Below, piece after piece: positions 18,684 to 26,602 of a stretch of 31,718 nucleotides of DNA. The stretch comes from Chloroflexota bacterium (lineage in GTDB: Bacteria; Chloroflexota; Dehalococcoidia; Lucifugimonadales; CATQGZ01), in NCBI GenBank assembly GCA_027624995.1, contig JAQBTI010000001.1:1-31718 (forward strand), written 5' to 3'. The stretch's first letter is position 1. The number at the start of each line of letters is the position of its first letter. The notes beneath the pieces were generated by a model that was not told the origin of the DNA, ran no database searches, and saw only the letters and a list, made by a program, of their open reading frames with translations. The position numbers and the translations under genes are program-made.

Positions 18684-20428
18684 AACCGGGACGCCTCTGG
18701 TGTTTCGAGAGACGTCGGCCCGTAGATCACCCTGCCCTTGTTGGTAAAGAAGAGCAGTAAGTCATGCGTGTCGACGACCATGATGTGCTTGACCGGGTCG
18801 TCGTCCTTCGTATTCATGCTCGTGACGCCTTTGCCGCCCCGGTGCTGGTTGCGATAGGTGCTGGCGGGAATCCGCTTGATGTATCCGCCCTGGCTTAGGG
18901 TCACGACCACCCGCTCATGGGCCTCGAGCTCCTCGCGGCTGAGTTCGTGGGCCGCGGCGCTTATGTCGGTCCTGCGAGGCTGCCGCAGCGTCTTCTTCAG
19001 CTCGGTCGTCTCGTCCTTGATCACGGCGTCGACCTTTGCCGAATCGGCCAACAGGGCTTCGAGGTCAGCCATGGTCGTCTGGAGCTCCTGGTACTCCTCT
19101 TCGATGCGCCCGCGCTCTAGGGCCGCAATGCGCCGAAGCTGCATATCGAGAATCGCCTGTGCCTGCAACTCGTCCAGGCCGAAACGCTCTATCAGGCCGT
19201 TCTTGGCTGTTTCGGCGTCCTGGGACGCACGTATCAGCGCGATAACCGCGTCGAGGTTGCTGAGGGCGATCCGGAGGCCCGCGAGGATGTGCGCTCTCTC
19301 GCGGGCCTTCCTCAGCCTGTACTCCGACCGCCGGGTTACGACTATCCTTCGGTGTGCTATGAAGAACTGTAGCGCCTGCTTTAGGTTGATTACCCGGGGC
19401 GTTCCATCCACCAGAGCGAGCATGTTTACGGAGAACGAGCTCTGCAAGGCCGTGAGCTTGTACAGGTTGTTGAGGATCACAAGGGGCTGAGCCCCGCCTC
19501 GCAGCTCCAACACCATCCGCATCCCCTCGCGGTTCGACTCGTCGCGGATTTCGCTTATGCCTTCGATGCGTTTGGCTTTGACCAGCTCGGCGATCTTCTC
19601 GACGAGCGTGGCCTTGTTGACCTGGTAGGGCAGCTCGGAGACCACGATCTGCATTCTCTCGGACTTTTTGATCTCCTCGATTTCGGCTTTCGCACGAACG
19701 ATAACCGAGCCCCTGCCGGTGTGGGCGGCGTTCCTGAGACCCTCTCTGCCCATGATCGTCCCGCCTGTCGGAAAGTCGGGGCCCTTCACGATGCGCAGGA
19801 GGTCCTCGACCGTGATATCGGGCTCGTCGATCATTTTGATGACGGCGCTGCAGACCTCGGCGGGATTGTGTGGCGCGATGTTGGTCGCCATTCCGACCGC
19901 GATTCCGGCGGCTCCGTTTACCAAAAGGTTGGGAAGGCGAGAGGGCAGAACGACAGGCTCTCTGAGAGTCCCGTCGAAGTTGTCGATGAAGTCGACCGTA
20001 TCCTCGTCGAGACTGGCCAGCATCTCTTCGGCAATACGCTCAAGCCTGGCCTCCGTGTACCGCATGGCGGCGGGAGGGTCGTCGTCGACGCTGCCGAAGT
20101 TGCCCTGGCCGTCTACCAGGGGCATTCGCATCGAGAAGGGCTGCGCCATGCGGACCATGGCGTCGTAGACGGCCTGGTCACCGTGTGGGTGGTACTTTCC
20201 GAGGACCTCGCCGACCAGTCGGGCGCTCTTCTTGTAGGCCGTGTTAGGCCTCATGCCCAATTCGCTCATGGCGTACAGGATGCGCCGCTGCACCGGCTTT
20301 AGGCCGTCACGCACATCGGGCAGCGCCCGCGACACGATCACGCTCATGGCGTAGTCCAGGTACGCCGTGCGCATCTCCTGGTCTATCTGCGTCGGTTTGA
20401 TGAAGCCGTGGTCGGTCTTGTTTACCAT
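18680..20428 (-). CDS. gyrA: DNA gyrase subunit A, N-terminal breakage-reunion domain plus first pinwheel blade; truncated by frameshift
   Basis: [34 protein letters not shown] catalytic Tyr, GyrA box QHRGGKG. Ends FTNKGRVI followed by out-of-frame [14 protein letters not shown]. Confidence 0.95.
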   Translation of the reverse strand: MVNKTDHGFIKPTQIDQEMRTAYLDYAMSVIVSRALPDVRDGLKPVQRRILYAMSELGMRPNTAYKKSARLVGEVLGKYHPHGDQAVYDAMVRMAQPFSMRMPLVDGQGNFGSVDDDPPAAMRYTEARLERIAEEMLASLDEDTVDFIDNFDGTLREPVVLPSRLPNLLVNGAAGIAVGMATNIAPHNPAEVCSAVIKMIDEPDITVEDLLRIVKGPDFPTGGTIMGREGLRNAAHTGRGSVIVRAKAEIEEIKKSERMQIVVSELPYQVNKATLVEKIAELVKAKRIEGISEIRDESNREGMRMVLELRGGAQPLVILNNLYKLTALQSSFSVNMLALVDGTPRVINLKQALQFFIAHRRIVVTRRSEYRLRKARERAHILAGLRIALSNLDAVIALIRASQDAETAKNGLIERFGLDELQAQAILDMQLRRIAALERGRIEEEYQELQTTMADLEALLADSAKVDAVIKDETTELKKTLRQPRRTDISAAAHELSREELEAHERVVVTLSQGGYIKRIPASTYRNQHRGGKGVTSMNTKDDDPVKHIMVVDTHDLLLFFTNKGRVIYGPTSLETPEASRL

Positions 20429-20524
20429 CGATGACTCCTCTGGTGGCCCGATCGACGTTCACAGAAAACATGCTGGACCGAAGGCTAGTCCAACGCCGGA
20501 AAAATATTGGCCAAGTCCAGAACA

Positions 20525-20533
20525 ATTATACCA
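20525..20533 (-). promoter_or_regulatory. Extended -10 element TGGTATAAT upstream of gyrA
   Basis: Perfect TATAAT with TG extension ~95 nt upstream of ATG 20428; SD GAGGAG precedes the ATG. Confidence 0.65.
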
Positions 20534-20590
20534 CTATTTGGACCAGTATTTGGGTGTTTTCGGGGCCGGTCCTCAGATAGATCCTCGAAG

Positions 20591-21265
20591 CTACTGGACT
20601 CGGCCGCCGAACTCTCTGGCACGGTCTGCCAGCGACTGGAATAATCTGTCGAAATGCGGAGGCAGTTCACCCCGGAGCTCAGGTTGAAACTGCACTCCGA
20701 TGACCCACCGATGCTCCGGGCTCTCTAACGCCTCGATTACGCCGTCCTCCAACGAATAGGCGGACGCAAGTAGCGAAGATGATTTGTCCGCCTCGCGTAT
20801 CCCTGTGTCGTGTCTGCTGTTTACTCTGACAAACCCTCCCGATCCGACGACTGCGGCGAGTTTGCTGCCCGGGGCGATGTATATCCGGTGGTATGCGGGG
20901 CCTCCTTCCGAGGATCCTCCAGCCAGCGCGTGCTCGTCGATTGGCCGGGCCGGTCCCCCGCCTAGGGCCGAGTTCAGAAGCTGGAATCCCCCCGATATGC
21001 ACAGGACCGCCATATTTACATCCAGGGCCGCGAGGAGAAGAGACCGAGTGAGATCGCCGCTGTCCGAGACTCCGTCCACCGACAGAACCAGGGCACCCAG
21101 CCCGGACATAGTGGCCTCGAGGGACAGGTCCAAGTCCAGGCGTACATGCACCGCCCGCGCGCCGCTTCTTTCAAGGATTTCCATACAAACAATAGCGGCG
21201 GCGGAATCTGTGGAAATGACACCTACTGTCGGTAGCGCGTCTGTGTGGTTCAACTTACTGTCCAA
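20591..21265 (-). CDS. Class I glutamine-amidotransferase-like / peptidase C26 (PuuD-like) protein with degenerate catalytic triad
   Basis: AVLCISGGFQLLNSALGG (family GICRGxQxLNVALGG), RVNSRH, DGVIEALE, WVIGVQFQPE (family GVQWHPE). Confidence 0.75.
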   Translation of the reverse strand: MDSKLNHTDALPTVGVISTDSAAAIVCMEILERSGARAVHVRLDLDLSLEATMSGLGALVLSVDGVSDSGDLTRSLLLAALDVNMAVLCISGGFQLLNSALGGGPARPIDEHALAGGSSEGGPAYHRIYIAPGSKLAAVVGSGGFVRVNSRHDTGIREADKSSSLLASAYSLEDGVIEALESPEHRWVIGVQFQPELRGELPPHFDRLFQSLADRAREFGGRVQ

Positions 21266-22193
21266 GGACAGAGCCTACGAAGTCCTTGTGCCCCTCCACA
21301 AACTCTCGTGCTCCCGTGGGCCTTCTACCCTCTAACTGTAAAGTCCTCAGCGCAAGTACTCCGCTGCCTGTTCTGACGCCTATGCCATCCGGTAGTGACA
21401 CGACCCCCCCTACGGGAAGGCCACCGGGAGCCGTCCCATCGTATACGAAAGCCTCGATGATCTTGACCAGTCTGCCGCGCCACTGCGTGAACGAGCCGGG
21501 CCAGGGATGGAGGGCCCTCACCCGCCGAGCCGTTTCGATCGCTGACCGGTTCCAGTCTACTCGGCCGTCTTCCCTCGAAAGACGATAGGTAACTGTGGCC
21601 AGGGACTCGTCCTGTTCACGCGCCTCGATGTCGCCCCGGTGCCAGGATGGCAGGACCTGCACCAAAAGCTCCGCCCCCACGTCGAACAGCCGGGCGGTCA
21701 AGCTCAGCGTGGTTTCCTCGGGCCCGATGGCCGTGTCTCGCTGGGCCACGATCGGCCCTGCGTCCATCTCCTCCGTCACCCGCATGACGGTCACGCCTGT
21801 AACGGATTCCCCATCGAGAATGGCGGTGGCCACCGGTGAAGATCCGCGATATCGAGGCAGCAGAGAAGGGTGGACGTTCAAGCACCCTAAAGGCGGGCCC
21901 ACAAGCGTCTCTGTGGGAATGTACAGCCCGTACGCTGCTACCGCGATGACGTCTGGCTCCAGCGCCGCGATCTCACTGCGGGCCGCCTCGTCTTTGCGAA
22001 GAGACGCGGGCTGGGAGACTTGCAGGCCCTTCTCAGCCGCCGCGACCTTGATGCCAGTCGGCGTCGTTCGCCGTCCCCTGCCTGCCGGTCGGTCGGGCTG
22101 TGTATATACGCCGACGATTTCGTGGCCGGCGTCCAACAATTTCGAGAGCACCGGCACGGCGAAGGATGGAGTGCCCATGAACACAATTCTCAA
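21255..22193 (-). CDS. fmt: Methionyl-tRNA formyltransferase (start probably TTG 22193; ATG 22247 possible)
   Basis: RIVFMGTPSFA, VYTQPDRPAGRG, AAYG, LNVHPSLLPRYRGSSP, MDAGPI, RALHPWPG. Confidence 0.96.
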   Translation of the reverse strand: MRIVFMGTPSFAVPVLSKLLDAGHEIVGVYTQPDRPAGRGRRTTPTGIKVAAAEKGLQVSQPASLRKDEAARSEIAALEPDVIAVAAYGLYIPTETLVGPPLGCLNVHPSLLPRYRGSSPVATAILDGESVTGVTVMRVTEEMDAGPIVAQRDTAIGPEETTLSLTARLFDVGAELLVQVLPSWHRGDIEAREQDESLATVTYRLSREDGRVDWNRSAIETARRVRALHPWPGSFTQWRGRLVKIIEAFVYDGTAPGGLPVGGVVSLPDGIGVRTGSGVLALRTLQLEGRRPTGAREFVEGHKDFVGSVLGQ

Positions 22194-22300
22194 TGACGGT
22201 TGTGCGATTTCTTCCTCCCCTACCGGGCACTGCGAGTCGCCCTTCATTGTAATGTGGGCGTGCGTTCATCGCTGAGACCAAGATTGCCTAATGCGAAACA

Positions 22301-22324
22301 GGGCAGGTTACAAACCTGCCCCAC
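22301..22324 (-). repeat. REP-like palindrome (GTGG variant)
   Basis: Minus strand GTG-GGGCAGGTT-TGT-AACCTGCCC: 9-bp perfect stem, intergenic. Confidence 0.55.
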
Positions 22325-22375
22325 TCCCGGACCCTCGGCGTTCAGAGCGTTTGACCAACGGCAGGACAGGCGAAA

Positions 22376-23074
22376 TCAGCACTCAGCCCCCGCTACGGAG
22401 AATCCCGAGAAGCTAACCGGATCGCCCACCTCGATTCCGTACTCGTTCACCTCTCTCGCATTGATCTCGAAGGCGTAGGCGGCCGGGGCCGGCGAGTTGA
22501 AGATGGGCGGACTTGTGTCCGAATCCGAGGACGGCGGGGGCACATTTACGGTGGTGCCGGCAACTGTGCAGTCTGCGCCGATCCATACGAAGTCCAGTGC
22601 GAATCTCATGCCCTTCATCCAGAAAGACGATGCGACGCCGCTCTCGAATACGAAGAGCATGCCGGTCCCGGGAGCCAACTCGTCCCGATCGGAGAGTCCT
22701 TGAACGCGGTCTGCCGGCGTGTGGGCGACCTCGGCGCCGAAGGTGATGCCGCCTACGGTGACTGCGGGTGCCGTGAAGACTGGCGTGGGCGTACGTGCTG
22801 GTGTAACAGCCGGCGCCCTCGTAGGTATGGGCTGAACCGGCAGGACAACCGCGGTCGGAGCTGGAGAAGGCGTCGCCACCGGAGTTTGAGGTCTGGAAGT
22901 TGCCGTCGGCACGGCCTCGGCAGTAGGGGCCTCTAGCGTCAACACTTGGCTCTCCACCGGGCCATCGTCATCGCCGCCGCATCCGGACGTCACGAAGATG
23001 AAGAACGCTGCGGTCGCGGCCACGACAATGATGCTGGCCGAAACACGACTGTTTGAGGGGCTTTGTTCCGCCAT
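22376..23074 (-). CDS. DUF192-like protein with N-terminal membrane anchor/possible lipobox and Pro/Thr-rich linker
   Basis: AEVAHTPADRVQGLSDRDEL...GMLFVF....SFWMKGMRFALDFVWI...FEINA is the DUF192 pattern; hydrophobic N-terminus ending TSGC. Confidence 0.8.
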   Translation of the reverse strand: MAEQSPSNSRVSASIIVVAATAAFFIFVTSGCGGDDDGPVESQVLTLEAPTAEAVPTATSRPQTPVATPSPAPTAVVLPVQPIPTRAPAVTPARTPTPVFTAPAVTVGGITFGAEVAHTPADRVQGLSDRDELAPGTGMLFVFESGVASSFWMKGMRFALDFVWIGADCTVAGTTVNVPPPSSDSDTSPPIFNSPAPAAYAFEINAREVNEYGIEVGDPVSFSGFSVAGAEC

Positions 23075-23077
23075 GGC

Positions 23078-25471
23078 CTAGTTTAGCTCGACTGCGGTGG
23101 CTCCGCTGCCGCCACGCTCACGGGGCTCCGACTCGAACGAGCGGGCGAGCGGGTGTCTCTCCAGGTGCTCCCGGACCGCCTCCCTCAGGGCTCCGGTGCC
23201 TTTGCCGTGGATGATCCTGACCGAGCTCAGGCCGTCCCGCACCGCCTTGTCCAGGAACTGCTCGAGGCTTATCAACGCCTCCTCGGCCCGGAACCCGCGG
23301 ATGTCGAGCTCCAATGAGTCTAAGCTAGGTCCCAGATTCGCGCTGATTGCCGGAGGCGGCTTCTCGGCGTCTTCCTCGGCCGCCAGAGACAGGCGTGCCA
23401 AGTCGATTCGCAGCCTCACCTTGCCGACGCTGACCTCGGCCTCGCCTTCTTCCTCGGAGACAGAAAGCACCTGGCCTTTCAGATTCAGACCCTTCACGTG
23501 CACGAAGTCACCGACGCCGATCGCGGAGTCCCTCGTCACGCGAGCCGGGGCCGGCAACCGCGCGAGTTCCATATCGAGCTCGCGCTTGACCTCCTCGATC
23601 TCCGTCCTTGCCTGTTCCAGCCTACCAGGCGCCGGCTGCCAGGACGCCGCGGCCTCCAGCCGGCGTGTCTTCTTATCGATCTCCTCATATCGTGCGACGA
23701 GCTGCCGGCGGACCCCATCCAGCATCTCCTCGCGGTGGGTGACGAGATAGTCCATCTGCGCCGAGAGCTCCCGGCGAAGCAACTGGGCCTGCGCCCGGGT
23801 GCGTTCGGTCTCTTCAGTTAGCTCCTGAAGGCGACGGCGGTCGTCCTGAAGCTCGGTCAGCCAGTCCTCGAAGAGGACGTGGCGAGGCTCCATCAGCGAC
23901 TTGGCCTTCTCCATGATTTCGTCTGGTAGGCCAAGACTGGAAGCCACTGACATAGCGTAGCTTCGGCCGGGGACGCCGATCGTGAGATCGTACGTGGGCT
24001 GGAGGCTTTCGGCGTCGAGCCGAACGCTTGCGTTAGTCATTCCGGTGTGGCCCTCTGCGTAGGCTGCCACGGACCTATGATGGGTCGTCGCGACAGTCGT
24101 TATCTTGTTCTCTGCCAGATGGTCAAGAATGGCCCTGGCCAGTGCAGAGCCCTCCTCCGGGTCGGTGCTCGTGCCTAGCTCGTCCAGCAGGACCAGCGAC
24201 GACCGTCCGGCCTCGCTCAGGATGTCGATAACGTTGCGCATGTGGGAGCTGAAGGTGGACACAGAGTGTTCTATGCTCTGCTTGTCACCAACATCTGCGT
24301 AGATCGCATCGTAGACCGGCAACGAGCTACCCTCGTCCACCGGCAATTGGAGCCCCGACTGGTTCATCGCCGCCAGAAGTCCGACAGTCTTCATGGCGAC
24401 GGTCTTGCCCCCAGTATTGGGCCCGGTAATCACCAGCACGGACCAGTCCGGGCCTACGGTCACGTCGATGGGTGTGGCGTCGTCACCCAGCAAGGGATGG
24501 CGCGCGGATAGCAGTCTCAGCCACCCCCCAGTGTTCGTAGGAATAGCCTGCACTCCCTTGATCTCAGAGCTATACCGGGCCCTCGCCAGGATCAAGTCGA
24601 GGGCAGATACCAGCTCCACGCCCCGCCTGATATCCACTGCCAACGAGCCCACCAGAGCGGATAGGTCCCGCAAGACCCGTCTGACCTCGCGTTGCTCTTC
24701 GAGCGCGAGCTCGCGCCACTCGTTGCACAGCTCGACCGTGCCAAACGGCTCGACGAACAGGGTGGCGCCTGTGTTGGACGCGTCCAGAACGACTCCGGGT
24801 ATTCGCTGTCTCATCCCTGCCTTAACCTGCAAGACCAGCCTCTCCCCGCGGATGGAGATGACCTGGTCCTGGAGCGCTTCGCGGCCGACAGCCGATTGCA
24901 TGATTCCGGTCAGCGAATCCGTGACCTTCTCGTACGCCGCCCTGAGCTGGCGTCGGAGTGGCCGGAGTGCCGGCGAGGCCGCGTCTAGAACGTCGCCCCG
25001 CTGGCCGATGCTGTCCCGGACCTGTCGTTGAAGCTCATCGAGCTCTGGGATCCCTTCGCAGATCAAGGCAAGAAGCGGGGCTCTGGCGCGGTTTCGGAGC
25101 ACCGTGGACCTCGCATTGCGCTGGACCTCCAGAGACTCCGCGACCTCCACAAGCTCCTTCCCCGTCAGCACCCCGTCAAGCGAAGCACGGACAACGGCCG
25201 CTGACGGGTCCGCTGACGAGTACAGACTCAGATCCACGACGTCGAGCAGAGCGCGAGCCTCCGCAGTCTCGCGCTGCAACGCCTCGACCTCGTCGGCCCC
25301 ATACGAAGGGGAGAGTTCCAGCGCCAGCTGTCTCGCAGGAGGAAAGGAGGCGCGCTCAGCCACGGCACGCCTCACGGTGTGAAAATCCAGGGCCTCCAGG
25401 GCTCCAGTGCGAAGCCGGGCTGCCCCAGTCTCTTCGTAACCAATCCCATCTTCCACCGTTGCGGACTCCAT
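23078..25471 (-). CDS. mutS2: Endonuclease MutS2 (with C-terminal Smr domain)
   Basis: LEALDF start, SNTGATLFVEP, ARHPLL, ITGPNTGGKTV, DVGDKQSIEHSVSTFSSHM, LLDELGTSTDPEEGSALA, LDIRG...IIHGKGTGALR. Confidence 0.96.
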   Translation of the reverse strand: MESATVEDGIGYEETGAARLRTGALEALDFHTVRRAVAERASFPPARQLALELSPSYGADEVEALQRETAEARALLDVVDLSLYSSADPSAAVVRASLDGVLTGKELVEVAESLEVQRNARSTVLRNRARAPLLALICEGIPELDELQRQVRDSIGQRGDVLDAASPALRPLRRQLRAAYEKVTDSLTGIMQSAVGREALQDQVISIRGERLVLQVKAGMRQRIPGVVLDASNTGATLFVEPFGTVELCNEWRELALEEQREVRRVLRDLSALVGSLAVDIRRGVELVSALDLILARARYSSEIKGVQAIPTNTGGWLRLLSARHPLLGDDATPIDVTVGPDWSVLVITGPNTGGKTVAMKTVGLLAAMNQSGLQLPVDEGSSLPVYDAIYADVGDKQSIEHSVSTFSSHMRNVIDILSEAGRSSLVLLDELGTSTDPEEGSALARAILDHLAENKITTVATTHHRSVAAYAEGHTGMTNASVRLDAESLQPTYDLTIGVPGRSYAMSVASSLGLPDEIMEKAKSLMEPRHVLFEDWLTELQDDRRRLQELTEETERTRAQAQLLRRELSAQMDYLVTHREEMLDGVRRQLVARYEEIDKKTRRLEAAASWQPAPGRLEQARTEIEEVKRELDMELARLPAPARVTRDSAIGVGDFVHVKGLNLKGQVLSVSEEEGEAEVSVGKVRLRIDLARLSLAAEEDAEKPPPAISANLGPSLDSLELDIRGFRAEEALISLEQFLDKAVRDGLSSVRIIHGKGTGALREAVREHLERHPLARSFESEPRERGGSGATAVELN

Positions 25472-25583
25472 CCACCCACGACTCGTGATCTGCGTGCACT
25501 TAGCAATATTAACAGGCTCTGGGCTCGGGCCACGCTGGGCACTGTTGTCGGCGAGTGGGCTGGTCTTTGATCGTAGAGACAGG

Positions 25584-25592
25584 TGCTATACT
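25584..25592 (+). promoter_or_regulatory. Extended -10 element TGCTATACT, 8 nt before thrB ATG (near-leaderless)
   Basis: Motif followed by TCGAAGCC then ATG 25601; no SD. Confidence 0.55.
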
Positions 25593-25600
25593 TCGAAGCC

Positions 25601-26503
25601 ATGCCAGATAGCCTCACCGTGCGAGTACCGGCCACCAGCGCCAATATGGGTCCCGGCTTCGACTGTCTGGGACTCGCCCTGGACTTTTGGAACGAGGTAC
25701 GGGTCGACCTGGGCGGCTCAGGCCTCCAGGTGACGGGCGAGGGTGAAGGGTCCCTGTCGCTGGGCAAGCACAACCTGGTCCACGAAGGCATCAGCCTGGC
25801 ATTCGCGGAGGCGGGACAGCCGATGCCGCGTATCGGCGTCCGCTGCCACAATGAGATACCGCTGGGCCGGGGCCTTGGAAGCAGCTCCGCGGCCGTAGTA
25901 GGCGGGCTCGTTGCCGGCAACGAGCTGTGCGGCCGACCTCTTTCGCAGGACCGCCTGCTGGAATTGGCGGCCCAGACGGAAGGCCACCCGGACAACAGCG
26001 CCGCGGCCCTTCTGGGTGGCTGCCAGATCGTGGTCCAGGACGGTGATCGGCTAGTCACGGCGACGGTGCCGGTACCCGAAGGCCTGAGAGCCGTACTTTT
26101 CATACCTGATATGCCGATGCCTACCGAACATGCGCGGGGCCTGCTTCCGCCCATCGTCGACCGTAGTGACGCCGTATTTAACACGGGCAGGACCGCCCTT
26201 CTGGTCAGCGCCTTCTTCTCCGGAGACCTTTCCAAACTGAGGGTCGCGACGCAGGACCGGCTTCATCAGCCCGCGCGGGAGACGATCTTTCCCGCCATGA
26301 AGAACATTATCAAATCGGCGCTGGACGCCGGCGCGCTTGGCGTATTCCTCTCCGGCGCGGGCTCGACAGTACTTGCGTTGGCCACGGACCGGGAGCTGAC
26401 CATCGGGTATGAGATGGCGGACGCCGCAGCCAAGTCCGGCATCGACGGCACTCTCAAGGTAACGAGGCCCACTACTACCGGTGCCCATGTCGCGGCCAGC
26501 TGA
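25601..26503 (+). CDS. thrB: Homoserine kinase
   Basis: VRVPATSANMGPGFDCLGLAL, GHMP motif IPLGRGLGSSSAA, EGHPDN, QDRLHQP, FLSGAGST. Confidence 0.96.
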   Translation: MPDSLTVRVPATSANMGPGFDCLGLALDFWNEVRVDLGGSGLQVTGEGEGSLSLGKHNLVHEGISLAFAEAGQPMPRIGVRCHNEIPLGRGLGSSSAAVVGGLVAGNELCGRPLSQDRLLELAAQTEGHPDNSAAALLGGCQIVVQDGDRLVTATVPVPEGLRAVLFIPDMPMPTEHARGLLPPIVDRSDAVFNTGRTALLVSAFFSGDLSKLRVATQDRLHQPARETIFPAMKNIIKSALDAGALGVFLSGAGSTVLALATDRELTIGYEMADAAAKSGIDGTLKVTRPTTTGAHVAAS

Positions 26504-26510
26504 CCCTGCC

Positions 26511-26530
26511 ACGGTCGACGGCCCGACCGT
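26511..26530. other. 7-bp GC-rich hairpin between thrB and lysC
   Basis: ACGGTCG-ACGGCC-CGACCGT; no U-tract, function unknown. Confidence 0.35.
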
Positions 26531-26602
26531 CCGGCCGATCGGGAGACTAAGGCCCAATATTGCTGTATCTTGTAAGACTATGAATCGACGTTTGCGAACA
26601 GA

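Noticed and set aside
18683-18724. Frameshifted GyrA tail ETPEASRL resembles the canonical IPEASR motif, suggesting the break is later
   Set aside because: The alternative frame over the same bases gives a longer and better match ([15 protein letters not shown]) continuous with the downstream blades; PEASR is a coincidence.
18715-18760. Programmed -1 ribosomal frameshift to restore GyrA
   Set aside because: There is no canonical X XXY YYZ slippery heptamer at the junction, and about six residues would still be missing.
26504-26602. Lysine riboswitch before lysC
   Set aside because: The intergenic space (~100 nt) is too short and lacks recognisable L-box elements.
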